Shown here: positions 33,501-48,500 of the stretch, one piece after another | How positions within the stretch are numbered: the stretch's first letter is position 1 | Layout: the number at the start of each line of letters is the position of its first letter | DNA from: Eledone cirrhosa | Lineage: Eukaryota | Length of the DNA stretch: 64,000 bases | Direction: 5' to 3' | Assembly (NCBI GenBank): GCA_964016885.1 | Contig: OZ024740.1 | Coordinates: forward strand, 104,842,001 to 104,906,000 | Made by a program: the position numbers and the translations under genes | The notes under the pieces: model-generated | The model's database searches: none | What the model was told of the DNA's origin: nothing | The model's input: only the letters and a program-made list of their open reading frames with translations

Positions 33501-36500
33501 GGGAGAGAGACACACGTCTAGACCTGAACTGGGGGAGACAGACAGACTTCTATACTTGAAATGGGGAGAGAGACACACTTCTGGATGTAAACTGGGCAGA
33601 GAGCCACTTCTAGACTTAAACTGGGGGAGAGAGACACTTCTAAACTTGAACTGGGGGAGAGACACACTTCTAGACTTTAACTGGGGAGTAAGACACTTCT
33701 AAACTTGAACTGGTGGAGAGACAAACTTCTAGACTTGGACTGGGGAGTAAGACACTTTAGACTTGAACGGGGGAGTAAGACACTTCTAGACTTGAACTGT
33801 GGGAGAGACACACTTCTAGACTTGAACAGGGGGAGAGACACTTCTAGACTTGAACTGGAGAAAGAGAGACACTTCTAGACATGAACTGGCGAGTAAGACA
33901 TTTCTAGACTTGAACTGGGGGAGAGAGACACTTCGAGACTTGAATAGTGGGAGAGACACTTCTAGACTTGAACTGGAGAAAGAGACAGACTTCTACACTT
34001 GAATTGAGGAGAGAGACACACTTCTAGACTTGAACTGGGGAGTAAGACACTTGTAGACTTGAACTGGGGGAGAGACACACTTCTAGATTTGAACTGGGGA
34101 GTAAGAGACTGCTAGACTTGAACTGGGGGAGAAACACACTTCTAGACTTGAACTGGGGAGTAAGAGACTGCTAGACTTGAACTGGGGGAGAAACACACTT
34201 CTAGACTTGAACTGGGGTGTAAGACTCTTCTAGACCTGAACTGAGGGAGAGACACACTTCTAGACTTGAACTGGGGAGTAAGACACTTCTAGACTTGAAC
34301 GGGGGAGAAATACACTTCTAGACTTGAACTGGGGAGTAAGACACATCTAGACTTGAACTGGGGGAAAGACACACTTCTAGACTTGAGCTGGGGGAGAGAA
34401 AAACACTTCTAGACTTGAACTGGGGGAGTAAGACACATCTATATGTGAACTGGAGAGTAAGACACTTCTAGACTTGAACTAAGGGAGAGAGAGAGACTTC
34501 TAGACTTGAACTGGGGAGTAAGACGCTTCTAGACTTGAACTGGGGGAGAGAAACACTTCTAGATTTGAACTGGGGAGTAAGACACTTCTAGATTTGAACT
34601 GGAGGAGAGACACATTTCTAGACTTGAACTGGGAGAGAGACACTTCTAGACTTGAACTGGGGGAGAAACACACTTCTAGACTTGAACTGGGGTGTAAGAC
34701 TCTTCTAGACCTGAACTGAGGGAGAGACACACTTCTAGACTTGAACTGGGGACTAAGACACTTCTAGACTTGAACAGGGGAGAAACACACTTCTAGACTT
34801 GAACTGGGGAGTAAGACGCTTCTAGACTTGAACTGGGGGGGGGGGGAGACACACTCCTAGATGAACTGGGGAGAGAGACACACTTCTAGACTTGAACTGG
34901 GGAGAGAGACACTTCTAGACTTGAACTGGTGAGTAAGACACTTCTAGACTTGAACTGAGGGAGTGACACACTTCTAGACTTGAACAGGGGAGAGAGACAC
35001 ACTTCTAGACTTGAACTGGGGAGAGAGACACTCCTAGACTTGAACTGGGGGAGAGAAACACTTCTAGATTTGAACTGGGGAGTAAGACACTTCTAGATTT
35101 GAACTGGAGGAGAGACACACTTCTAGACTTGAACTGGAAGAGAGACACTTCTAGATTTGAAATAGGGGAGAAACACACTTCTAGACTTGTCTGGGGAGTA
35201 AGACACTTCTAGACAGGTACTGGGGGAGAGACACTTCTAGACTTGAACTTGGGAGTAAGACATTTCTAGACTTGAACTGGGAGAGAGACACACTTCTAGA
35301 CTTGAACTGGGGAATAAGACACTTCTAGACTTGAACTGGGGGAGAGAGAGACTTCTAGACTTGAACTGGGGAGTAAGACGCTTCTAGACTTGAACTGGGG
35401 GGGGGGGGAGAGACACACTCCTAGATGAACTAGGGAGAGAGACACACTTCTAGACTTGAACTGGGGAGAGAGACACTTCTAGACTTGAACTGGTGAGTAA
35501 GACACTTCTGGACTTGAACTGAGGGAGTGACACACTTCTAGACTTGAACAGGGGAGAGAGACACACTTCTAGACTTGAACTGGGGAGAGAGACACTCCTA
35601 GACTTGAACTGGGGGAGAGAAACACTTCTAGATTTGAACTGGGGAGTAAGACACTTCTAGATTTGAACTGGAGGAGAGACACACTTCTAGACTTGAACTG
35701 GAAGAGAGACACTTCTAGATTTGAAATAGGGGAGAAACACACTTCTAGACTTGTCTGGGGAGTAAGACACTTCTAGACAGGTACTGGGGGAGAGACACTT
35801 CTAGACTTGAACTTGGGAGTAAGACATTTCTAGACTTGAACTGGGGGAGAGACACACTTCTAGACTTGAACTGGGGAATAAGACACTTCTAGACTTGAAC
35901 TGGGGGAGAGAGACACACTTGTAGACTTGAACTGGGGACAGAGACACATTTCTAGATTTCAACTGGATGAGAGAGACACACTTCTAGATATGAACTGGGG
36001 AGAGAGACACACTTCTAGACTCGGACTGGTGTGAAATACACACTTCTAGACTTGAACTGAGGGAGAAATACTTCTAGACTTGAACTGGGATTAAGACACT
36101 TCCAGACTTGAACACTGGAGAGAGACACACTTGTATACTTGAACTGGGAGAGAGACACTTCTAGACTTGAACTTGGGAGTAGACACTTCTAGACAGGTAC
36201 TGGGGAGAGACACTTCTAGACTTGAACTTGGGAGTAAGACATTTCTAGACTTGAACTGGGAGAGAGACACACTTCTAGATTTGAACTGGGGAATAAGACA
36301 CTTCTAGACTTGAACTGGGGGAAAGAGACACTTCTAGACTTGAACTGGGGAGTAAGACACTTTAGACTTGTACAGGGGTAGAGACACACTTCTAGACTTG
36401 AACAGTCAAGTAAGACACTTCTAGACTTGAACTGGGGAGAGACGCACTTCTAGACTTGAACTGGGGAGCAAGACATTTCTAGACATGAACTGGGGGAGAG

Positions 36501-39500
36501 AGACACACTTCTATACTTGAACTGGGGACAGAGACACACTTCTAGACTTGAACTGGGGAGAGAGACACTTGTAGACTTGAACATGGGAGTAAGACACTTC
36601 TAAACTTGAACTGGCGGAGAGACACACTTCTGGACTTGAACTGGGGGAGAGAGAAACACTTCTAGACTTGAACTGGGGGGAGAAAGACACACTTCTATAC
36701 TTGAACTGGGGAGAAAAACATACTTCTAGATGTGAACTGGGGAGAGATACACTTCTAGACTTGAACTGGGAGAGAGACACGCTTCTAGACTTGAACTGGG
36801 GAGTAAGACACTTCTAGATGTGAACTGGTGGAGAGACACACTTCTAGACTTGAACTGGGGAGAGAGACACACGTCTAGACCTGAACTGGGGGAGACAGAC
36901 AGACTTCTATACTTGAAATGGGGAGAGAGACACACTTCTGGATGTAAACTGGGCAGAGAGCCACTTCTAGACTTAAACTGGGGGAGAGAGACACTTCTAA
37001 ACTTGAACTGGGGGAGAGACACACTTCTAGACTTGAACTGGGGAATAAGACACTTCTAGACTTGAACTGGGGGAGAGAGAGACTTCTAGACTTGAACTGG
37101 GGAGTAAGACGCTTCTAGACTTGAACTGGGGGGGGGGGGGGGAGACACACTCCTAGATGAACTGGGGAGAGAGACACACTTCTAGACTTGAACTGGGGAG
37201 AGAGACACTTCTAGACTTGAACTGGTGAGTAAGACACTTCTGGACTTGAACTGAGGGAGTGACACACTTCTAGACTTGAACAGGGGAGAGAGACACTCCT
37301 AGACTTGAACTGGGGGAGAGAAACACTTCTAGATTTGAACTGGGGAGTAAGACACTTCTAGATTTGAACTGGAGGAGAGACACACTTCTAGACTTGAACT
37401 GGAAGAGAGACACTTCTAGATTTGAAATAGGGGAGAAACACACTTCTAGACTTGTCTGGGGAGTAAGACACTTCTAGACAGGTACTGGGGGAGAGACACT
37501 TCTAGACTTGAACTTGGGAGTAAGACATTTCTAGACTTGAACTGGGGGAGAGACACACTTCTAGACTTGAACTGGGGAATAAGACACTTCTAGACTTGAA
37601 CTGGGGGAGAGAGACACTTCTAGACTGGAACTGAGTTGAGAGACACACTTGTAGACTTGAACTGGGGACAGAGACACATTTCTAGATTTCAACTGGATGA
37701 GAGAGACACACTTCTAGATATGAACTGGGGAGAGAGACACACTTCTAGACTCGGACTGGTGTGAAATACACACTTCTAGACTTGAACTGAGGGAGAAATA
37801 CTTCTAGACTTGAACTGGGATTAAGACACTTCCAGACTTGAACACTGGAGAGAGACACACTTGTATACTTGAACTGGGAGAGAGACACTTCTAGACTTGA
37901 ACTTGGGAGTAGACACTTCTAGACAGGTACTGGGGAGAGACACTTCTAGACTTGAACTTGGGAGTAAGACATTTCTAGACTTGAACTGGGAGAGAGACAC
38001 ACTTCTAGATTTGAACTGGGGAATAAGACACTTCTAGACTTGAACTGGGGGAAAGAGACACTTCTAGACTTGAACTGGGGAGTAAGACACTTTAGACTTG
38101 TACAGGGGTAGAGACACACTTCTAGACTTGAACAGTCAAGTAAGACACTTCTAGACTTGAACTGGGGAGAGACGCACTTCTAGACTTGAACTGGGGAGCA
38201 AGACATTTCTAGACATGAACTGGGGGAGAGAGACACACTTCTATACTTGAACTGGGGACAGAGACACACTTCTAGACTTGAACTGGGGAGAGAGACACTT
38301 GTAGACTTGAACATGGGAGTAAGACACTTCTAAACTTGAACTGGCGGAGAGACACACTTCTGGACTTGAACTGGGGGAGAGAGAAACACTTCTAGACTTG
38401 AACTGGGGGGAGAAAGACACACTTCTATACTTGAACTGGGGAGAAAGACATACTTCTAGATGTGAACTGGGGAGAGATACACTTCTAGACTTGAACTGGG
38501 AGAGAGACACGCTTCTAGACTTGAACTGGGGAGTAAGACACTTCTAGATGTGAACTGGTGGAGAGACACACTTCTAGACTTGAACTGGGGAGAGAGACAC
38601 ACGTCTAGACCTGAACTGGGGGAGACAGACAGACTTCTATACTTGAAATGGGGAGAGAGACACACTTCTGGATGTAAACTGGGCAGAGAGCCACTTCTAG
38701 ACTTAAACTGGGGGAGAGATACACTTCTAAACTTGAACTGGGGGAGAGACACACTTCTAGACTTTAACTGGGGAGTAAGACACTTCTAAACTTGAACTGG
38801 TGGAGAGACAAACTTCTAGACTTGGACTGGGGAGTAAGACACTTTAGACTTGAACGGGGGAGTAAGACACTTCTAGACTTGAACTGTGGGAGAGACACAC
38901 TTCTAGACTTGAACAGGGGGAGAGACACTTCTAGACTTGAACTGGAGAAAGAGAGACACTTCTAGACATGAACTGGCGAGTAAGACATTTCTAGACTTGA
39001 ACTGGGGGAGAGAGACACTTCGAGACTTGAATAGTGGGAGAGACACTTCTAGACTTGAACTGGAGAAAGAGACAGACTTCTACACTTGAATTGAGGAGAG
39101 AGACACACTTCTAGACTTGAACTGGGGAGTAAGACACTTGTAGACTTGAACTGGGGGAGAGACACACTTCTAGATTTGAACTGGGGTGTAAGAGACTGCT
39201 AGACTTGAACTGGGGGAGAAACACACTTCTAGACTTGAACTGGGGAGTAAGAGACTGCTAGACTTGAACTGGGGGAGAAACACACTTCTAGACTTGAACT
39301 GGGGTGTAAGACTCTTCTAGACCTGAACTGAGGGAGAGACACACTTCTAGACTTGAACTGGGGAGTAAGACACTTCTAGACTTGAACGGGGGAGAAATAC
39401 ACTTCTAGACTTGAACTGGGGAGTAAGACACATCTAGACTTGAACTGGGGGAAAGACACACTTCTAGACTTGAGCTGGGGGAGAGAAAAACACTTCTAGA

Positions 39501-42500
39501 CTTGAACTGGGGGAGTAAGACACATCTAGATGTGAACTGGAGAGTAAGACACTTCTAGACTTGAACTAAGGGAGAGAGAGAGACTTCTAGACTTGAACTG
39601 GGGAGTAAGACGCTTCTAGACTTGAACTGGGGGAGAGAAACACTTCTAGATTTGAACTGGGGAGTAAGACACTTCTAGATTTGAACTGGAGGAGAGACAC
39701 ATTTCTAGATTTGAACTGGGAGAGAGACACTTCTAGACTTGAACTGGGGGAGAAACACACTTCTAGACTTGAACTGGGGTGTAAGACTCTTCTAGACCTG
39801 AACTGAGGGAGAGACACACTTCTAGACTTGAACTGGGGACTAAGACACTTCTAGACTTGAACAGGGGAGAAACACACTTCTAGACTTGAACTGGGGAGTA
39901 AGACACTTCTAGACTTGAACTGGGGGGGGGGGGGGAGACACACTCCTAGATGAACTGGGGAGAGAGACACACTTCTAGACTTGAACTGGGGAGAGAGACA
40001 CTTCTAGACTTGAACTGGTGAGTAAGACACTTCTAGATTTGAACTGGAGGAGAGACACACTTCTAGACTTGAACTGGGAGAGAGACACTTCTAGACTTGA
40101 AATAGGGGAGAAACACACTTCTAGACTTGTCTGGGGAGTAAGACACTTCTAGACAGGTACTGGGGGAGAGACACTTCTAGATATGAACTTGGGAGTAAGA
40201 CATTTCTAGACTTGAACTGGGGGAGAGACACACTTCTAGACTTGAACTGGGGAATAAGACACTTCTAGACTGGAACTGAGTTGAGAGACACACTTGTAGA
40301 CTTGAACGGGGGACAGAGACACATTTCTAGATTTCAAGTGGATGAGAGAGACACACTTCTAGATATGAACTGGGGAGAGAGACACACTTCTAGACTCGGA
40401 CTGGTGTGAAAGACACACTTCTAGACTTGAACTGAGGGAGAAATACTTCTAGACTTGAACTGGGATTAAGACACTTCCAGACTTGAACACTGGAGACAGA
40501 CACACTTGTAGACTTGAACTGGGGGAGAGACACTTCTAGACTTGAACTTGGGAGTAGACACTTCTAGACAGGTACTGGGGGAGAGACACTTCTAGACTTG
40601 AACTTGGGAGTAAGACATTTCTAGACTTGAACTGGGAGAGAGACACACTTCTAGATTTGAACTGGGGAATAAGATACTTCTAGACTTGAACTGGGGAGTA
40701 AGACACTTTAGACTTGTACAGGGGGAGAGACACACTTCTAGACTTGAACAGTCGAGTAAGACACTTCTAGACTTGAACTGGGGAGAGACGCACTTGTAGA
40801 CTTGAATTGGGGAGTGAGACACTTCTAGACTTAAACTCGGGGAGAGACACACTTCTAGACTTGAACTGGGGACAGAGACACACTTCTAGACTTGAACTGG
40901 GGAGAGAGACACTTCTAGACTTGAACATGGGAGTAAGACTTCTAAACTTGAACTGGCGGAGAGACACACTTCTGGACTTGAACTGGGGGAGAGAGAAACA
41001 CTTCTAGACTTGAACTGGGGGAGAGAGACACACTTCTATACTTGAACTGGGGAGTAAGACACTTCTAGATGTGAACTGGTGGAGAGACACACTTCTAGAC
41101 TTGAACTGGGGAGAGAGACACACTTCTAGACCTGAACTGGGGGAGACAGAGAGACTTCTATACTTGAAATGGGGAGAGAGACTCACTTCTGGATGTAAAC
41201 TGGGCAGAGAGCCACTTCTAGACTTAAACTGGAGGAGAGAGACACTTCTAAACTTGAACTGGGGGAGAGACACACTTCTAGACTTTAGCTGGGGAGTAAG
41301 ACACTTCTAAACTTGAACTGGTGGAGAGACAAACTTCTAGACTTGGACTGGGGAGTAAGACACTTTAGACTTGAACTGGGGGAGTAAGACACTTCTAGAC
41401 TTGAACTGTGGGAGAGACACACTTCTAGACTTGAACAGGGGGAGAGACACTTCTAGACTTGAACTGGAGAAAGAGACACACTTCTAGACTTGAACTGGGG
41501 AGTAAGACACTTCTAGACTTGAACTGGGGTAGAGAGACACTTCTAGACTTGAATAGTGGGAGAGACACTTCTAGACTTGAACTGGAGAAAGAGACAGACT
41601 TCTAGACTTGAATTGAGGAGAGAGACACACTTCTAGACTTGAACTGGGGAGTAAGACACTTGTAGACTTGAACTGGGGGAGAGACACACTTCTAGAATTG
41701 AACTGGGGAGAGACACACTTCTAGACTTGAACTGGGGAGAGAGACACACTTCTAGACTTGAACTGGGGAGTAAGACACTTCTAGTCTTGAACTGGGGGAG
41801 AAAGACACTTCTAGACTTGAACAGCGGGAGAGACACATCTAGACTTGAACTGGAGAAAGAGACACACTTCTACACTTGAACTGGGGAGACAGACACACTT
41901 CTAGACTTGAACTGGGGAGTAAGATACTTGTAGACTTGAACTGGAGGAGAGACACATTTCTAGACTTGAAATGGGGAGTAAGAGACTTCTAGACTTGAAC
42001 TGGAGGAGAGACACACTTCTAGACTTGAACTGGGGAGTAAGACACTTTAGAGTTGAACTGGGGGATACGCACCTCTAGACTTGAACTGGGGATAGACACA
42101 CTTCTAGACTTGAACTGGGGAGTAAGACACTTCTAGACGTGAAGTGGGGGAGAGGCACACCTCTAGACTTGAACTGGAGGAGAGAGACACACTTCTAGAC
42201 TTGAACTGGGGTAGAGAGACACACTCTATACTTGAACTGGGGAGAGAGACACACTTCTAGATTGAACTGGGGAGTGAGACAGTTCTAGACTTGAACTGGT
42301 GGAGAGACAAACTTCTAGACTTGAACTGGGGAGTAAGACACTTCTAGTCTTGAAATGGGTAGTAAGACACTTCTAGACTTGAACTGTGGGAGAGACATAC
42401 TTCTAGACTTGAACTGGGAGTAAGACACTTCTAGACTTGAACTGCTGGAGTAAGACATTCTAGACTAGTACTGGGGGAGAGACACACTTCTAGACTTGAA

Positions 42501-45500
42501 CTGGAGAGTAACACACTTCTAGACTTGAACTGGCAAGAGAGACACACATTTAGACTTAACCTGGGGAGAGAGACACACTTGAAGACTTGAACTGGTGGAA
42601 AAAAACACTTCTAGACTTGAACTGGGGAGTAAGACACTCCTAGACTTGAACTTGGGGATAGACAGTTGTAGACATGAACTGGGCGAGAGACACACTTCTA
42701 GACTTGAACTGGGAGTAAGACACTTCTAGACTTGAACTGGGGAGAGAGAGACATACGTCTAGACATGAACTTGGGATTAAGACACTTCTAGACTTGAAAC
42801 TGGGGAGAGAGAGACTTCTAGACGTGTACTGGGGAATAAGACACTTCTAGACTTGAACTGGATAGAAACACACTTCTAGACTTCAACTGGGGGAGAGAGA
42901 CCCACTTCTAGACTTGAACTGGGAGAGAGACACACTTCAAGGCTTGAACTAGGGAGAGAGACACTTCTAGACTTTAACTAGACGAGAGACACACTTCTAG
43001 ACTTGACCTGGCGGAGAGAGACACTTCTAGACATGAACTGATGGAGAGACACACTTCTAGACTTGAACTGGGGGAGACAGGCACACTTCTAGACTTGAAC
43101 TGGGGGAGAGAGACACACTTCTAGACTTGAACTGGGAAAGAGACACACTTCTAGACTTGAACTGGGGAGAGAGACTTCTAGACTTAAACTAGTGAAGAGA
43201 CACACTTCTAGACTTGAACTGGGAAGTAAGACACTTCTAGACTTGAACTGGGGGATAGACACTTGTAGACATGAACTGGGCGAGAGACACACTTCTAGAC
43301 TTGAACTGGAGAAAGAGTCACACCTCTAGACTTGAACTGGGAAGAGAGACACACTTCTAGACTTCAACTGGGGAGTGACACACTTCTACACTTTAATTGG
43401 GGGAGAGAGACACACTTCTAGACTTGAACTGGGGAGAGACATACTTCTAGACTTGAACTGGGAGTAAGACACTTCTAGACTTGAACTGGGGAGAGAGACA
43501 CATTTCTAGACTTCAACTGGGGAGTGACACATTTCTACACTTGAATTGAGGGAGAGAGACACACTTCTAGACTTGAACTGGGGAGAGACATACTTCTAGA
43601 CTTGAACTGGGGAGTAAGACACTTCTAGACTTGAACTGGGGAGTCAGATACTTCTAGACTTGAACTGTGGGACAGACAAACTTCTAGACTTGAACATGGG
43701 GAGAGACACTTCTAGACTTCAACTGGAGAAAAAGACACCCTTCTAGACTTGAACTTGGGAGAGAGACACACTTCTAGTCTTTAACTGGGGAGTGACACAC
43801 TTCTACACTTGAAGTGGGGGAGAGAGACACACTTCTAGACTTGAACTGGGGAGAGTCACACTTCTAGACTTGAACTGGTGAGAGAGACACACATCTAGAC
43901 TTGAACTGGGGAGAGAGAGATGAGAGACGCTTCTAGACTTGAACTGGCGGAAAGACCCACTTCTATATTTGAACTAGGGAGGGAGACACATTTCTAGATT
44001 TTAACTGGTCTTAGAGACACACTTCTAGACTTGAACTGGGGGAGAGACACTTCTAGACTTGAACTGGGAGTAAGACACTTCTAGACTTGAACTCTGGGAG
44101 AGACACACTACTAGAATTGAACAGGGGGAGAGACACTTCTAGACTTGAACTGGAGAAAGAGACACACTTCTAGACTTGAACTGGGGAGAGAGACACACAT
44201 GTAGACTTGAACTGGGGAGTAAGATACTTCTAGACTTGAACTGGTGGAGAGAGACACTTCTAGACTTGAACTGGAGGAGAGACACACTTCTAGACTTGAA
44301 GTGGGGGAAAGACACACTTCTACATTTGAACTAGGGAGGGAGATACACTTCTAGACTTGAACTGGGGAGAGACAGACTTCTAGACTTGAGCTGGGGAGAG
44401 TGACACACTTCTAGGCTGAACTGGGGAGAGACACTTCTAGACTTGAACTGGGGGAGAGACACACTTCTACACTTGAACTGGGGGAGAGAGATACATCTAG
44501 ACTTGAACTAGGGGAGAGAGACACTTGTAGACTTGAACTGGGGAGAGAGACACACTTCTAGACTTGAACTGGGGAGTCAGACACTTCTAGTCTTGAACTG
44601 GAGAAAGAGACACACTTCTACACTTGAACTGGGGAGAGAGACACACTTCTAGACTTGAACTGGGGAGTAAGATACTTGTAGACTTGAACTGGGGGAGAGA
44701 CACATTTCTAGACTTGAAATGGGGAGTAAGAGACTTCTAGACTTGAACTGGGAGTAAGACACTTCTAGACTTGAACTGGGGAGAGAGACACATTTCTAGA
44801 CTTCAACTGGGGAGTGACACATTTCTACACTTGAATTGAGGGAGAGAGACACACTTCTAGACTTGAACTGGGGAGAGACATACTTCTAGACTTGAACTGG
44901 GGAGTAAGACACTTCTAGACTTGAACTGGGGAGTCAGATACTTCTAGACTTGAACTGTGGGACAGACAAACTTCTAGACTTGAACATGGGGAGAGACACT
45001 TCTAGACTTCAACTGGAGAAAAAGACACCCTTCTAGACTTGAACTTGGGAGAGAGACACACTTCTAGTCTTTAACTGGGGAGTGACACACTTCTACACTT
45101 GAAGTGGGGGAGAGAGACACACTTCTAGACTTGAACTGGGGAGAGTCACACTTCTAGACTTGAACTGGTGAGAGAGACACACATCTAGACTTGAACTGGG
45201 GAGAGAGAGATGAGAGACGCTTCTAGACTTGAACTGGCGGAAAGACCCACTTCTATATTTGAACTAGGGAGGGAGACACATTTCTAGATTTTAACTGGTC
45301 TTAGAGACACACTTCTAGACTTGAACTGGGGGAGAGACACTTCTAGACTTGAACTGGGAGTAAGACACTTCTAGACTTGAACTCTGGGAGAGACACACTA
45401 CTAGAATTGAACAGGGGGAGAGACACTTCTAGACTTGAACTGGAGAAAGAGACACACTTCTAGACTTGAACTGGGGAGAGAGACACACATGTAGACTTGA

Positions 45501-48500
45501 ACTGGGGAGTAAGATACTTCTAGACTTGAACTGGTGGAGAGAGACACTTCTAGACTTGAACTGGAGGAGAGACACACTTCTAGACTTGAAGTGGGGGAAA
45601 GACACACTTCTACATTTGAACTAGGGAGGGAGATACACTTCTAGACTTGAACTGGGGAGAGACAGACTTCTAGACTTGAGCTGGGGAGAGTGACACACTT
45701 CTAGGCTGAACTGGGGAGAGACACTTCTAGACTTGAACTGGGGGAGAGACACACTTCTACACTTGAACTGGGGGAGAGAGATACATCTAGACTTGAACTA
45801 GGGGAGAGAGACACTTGTAGACTTGAACTGGGGAGAGAGACACACTTCTAGACTTGAACTGGGGAGTCAGACACTTCTAGTCTTGAACTGGAGAAAGAGA
45901 CACACTTCTACACTTGAACTGGGGAGAGAGACACACTTCTAGACTTGAACTGGGGAGTAAGATACTTGTAGACTTGAACTGGGGGAGAGACACATTTCTA
46001 GACTTGAAATGGGGAGTAAGAGACTTCTAGACTTGAACTGGGGGAGAGACACACTTCTAGACTTGAACTGGTGAGTAAGACACTTTAGAGTTGAACTGGG
46101 GGAGACACACCTCTAGACTTGAACTGGGGATAGACACACTTCTAGACTTGAACTGGGGGAGAGAGACACACTCTATACTTGAACTGGGGAGAGAGACACA
46201 CTTCTAGATGTGAACTGGGCAGAGAGACACACTTCTAGATTGAACTGGGGAGTAAGACAGTTCTCGACTTGAACTGGTGGAGAGACAAACTTCTAGACTT
46301 GAACTGGGGAGTAAGACACTTTTAGACTTGAACTGGGGAGTAAGACACTTCTAGACTTGAACTGTGGGAGAGACACACTTCTAGACTTGAACTGGGGATA
46401 GACATACTTCTAGACTTGAACTGGGGAGTATGACACTTCTAGACTTGAACTGGGGAGTCAGACACTTCTAGACTTGAACTGTGGGAGAGACAAACTTCTA
46501 GACTTGAACATGGGGAGAGACACTTCTAGACTTCAACTGGAGAAAAAGACACACTTCTAGACTTGAACATGGGGAGAGACACTTCTAGACTTCAACTGGA
46601 GAAAAAGACACACTTCTAGACTTGAACTTGGGAGAGAGACACACTTCTAGTCTTTAACTGGGGAGTGACACACTTCTACACTTGAAGTGGGGGAGAGAGA
46701 CACACTTCTAGACTTGAACTGGGGAGAGACACACTTCTAGACTTGAACTGGAAGAGAGACAGCCTTCTAGACTTGAACTGGTGAGAGAGACACACATCTA
46801 GACTTGAACTGGGGAGAGAGAGACACTTCTAGACTTGAACTGGCGGAAAGACCCACTTCTAGATTTGAACTAGGGAGGGAGACACATTTCTAGACTTGAA
46901 CTGGTCTTAGAGACACACTTCTAGACTTGAACTGGGGGGGAGAGACACTTCTAGACTTGAACTGGGAGTAAGACACTTCTAGACTTGATCTGTGGGAGAG
47001 ACACACTACTAGAATTGAACAGGGGGAGAGGCACTTCTAGACTTGAACTGGAGAAAGAGACACACTTCTAGACTTGAACTGGGGAGAGAGACACACATGT
47101 AGACTTGAAATTGGGAGTAAGATACTTCTAGACTTGAACTGGTGGAGAGAGACACTTTTAGACTTGAACTGGAGGAGAGACACACTTCTAGACTTGAAGT
47201 GGGGGAAAGACACACTTCTAGATTTGAACTAGGGAGGGAGATACACTTCTAGACTTGAACTGGTGTTAGAGACACACTTCTAGACTTGAACTGGGGAGAG
47301 ACACACTTCCAGGCTTGAGCTGGGGTGAGTGACACACTTCTAGGCTTGAACTGGGGAGAGACACTTCTAGACTTGAACTGGGAGAGAGACACACTTCTAG
47401 ACTTGAACTAGGGGAGAGAGACACTTGTAGACTTGAACTGGGGAGAGACACACTTCTAGACTTGAACTGGGGAGTCAGACACTTCTAGTCTTGAACTGGA
47501 GAAAGAAACACACTTCTACACTTGAACTGGGGAGAGAGACACACTTCTAGACTTGAACAGGGGAGTAAGATACTTGTAGACTTGAACTGGGGGAGAGACA
47601 CATTTCTAGACTTGAAATGGGGAGTAAGAGACATCTAGACTTGAACTGGGGGAGAGACACACTTCTAGACTTGAACTGGGGAGTAAGACACTTTAGAGTT
47701 GAACAGGGGGAGACACACCTCTAGACTTGAACTGGGGATAGACACACTTCTAGACTTGAACTGGGGATTAAGACACTTCTAGACGTGAAGTGGGGGAGAG
47801 ACACACCTCTAGACTTGAACTGGAGGAGAGAGACACACTTCTAGACTTGAACTGGGGGAGAGAGACACACTCTAAACTCGATCTGGGGAGAGAAACACAC
47901 TTCTAGATGTGAACTGGGCAGAGAGACACACTTCTAGATTGAACTGGGGAGTAAGACAGTTCTAGACTTGAACTGGTGGAGAGACAAACTTCCAGACTTG
48001 AACTGCGGAGTAAGACACTTCTAGACTTGAACTGGGGAGTAAGACACTTCTAGACTTGATCTGTGGGAGAGACACACTTCTAGACTTGAACAGGGGGAGA
48101 GACACTTCTAGACTTGAACTGGTGGAGAGAGACACTTCTAGACTTTAACTGGGGAGTAAGACATTTCTAGACTAGTACTGGGGGAGAGACACACTTCTAG
48201 ACTTGAACTGGAGAGTAACACACTTCTAGACTTGAACTGGCAAGAGAGACGCACATTTAGACTTGACCTGGGGAGAGAGAAACACTTGTAGACTTGAACT
48301 GGGGACAGAGACACACTTCTAAACTTGAACTGGTGGAAAAAAACACTTCTAGACATGAACTGGGGAGTAAGACACTCCTAGACTTGAACTTGGGATTAGA
48401 CAGTTGTAGACATGAACTGGGCGAGAGACACACTTCTAGACTTGATCTGGGAGTAAGACACTTCTAGACTTGAACTGGGGAGAGAGACATACTTCTAGAC

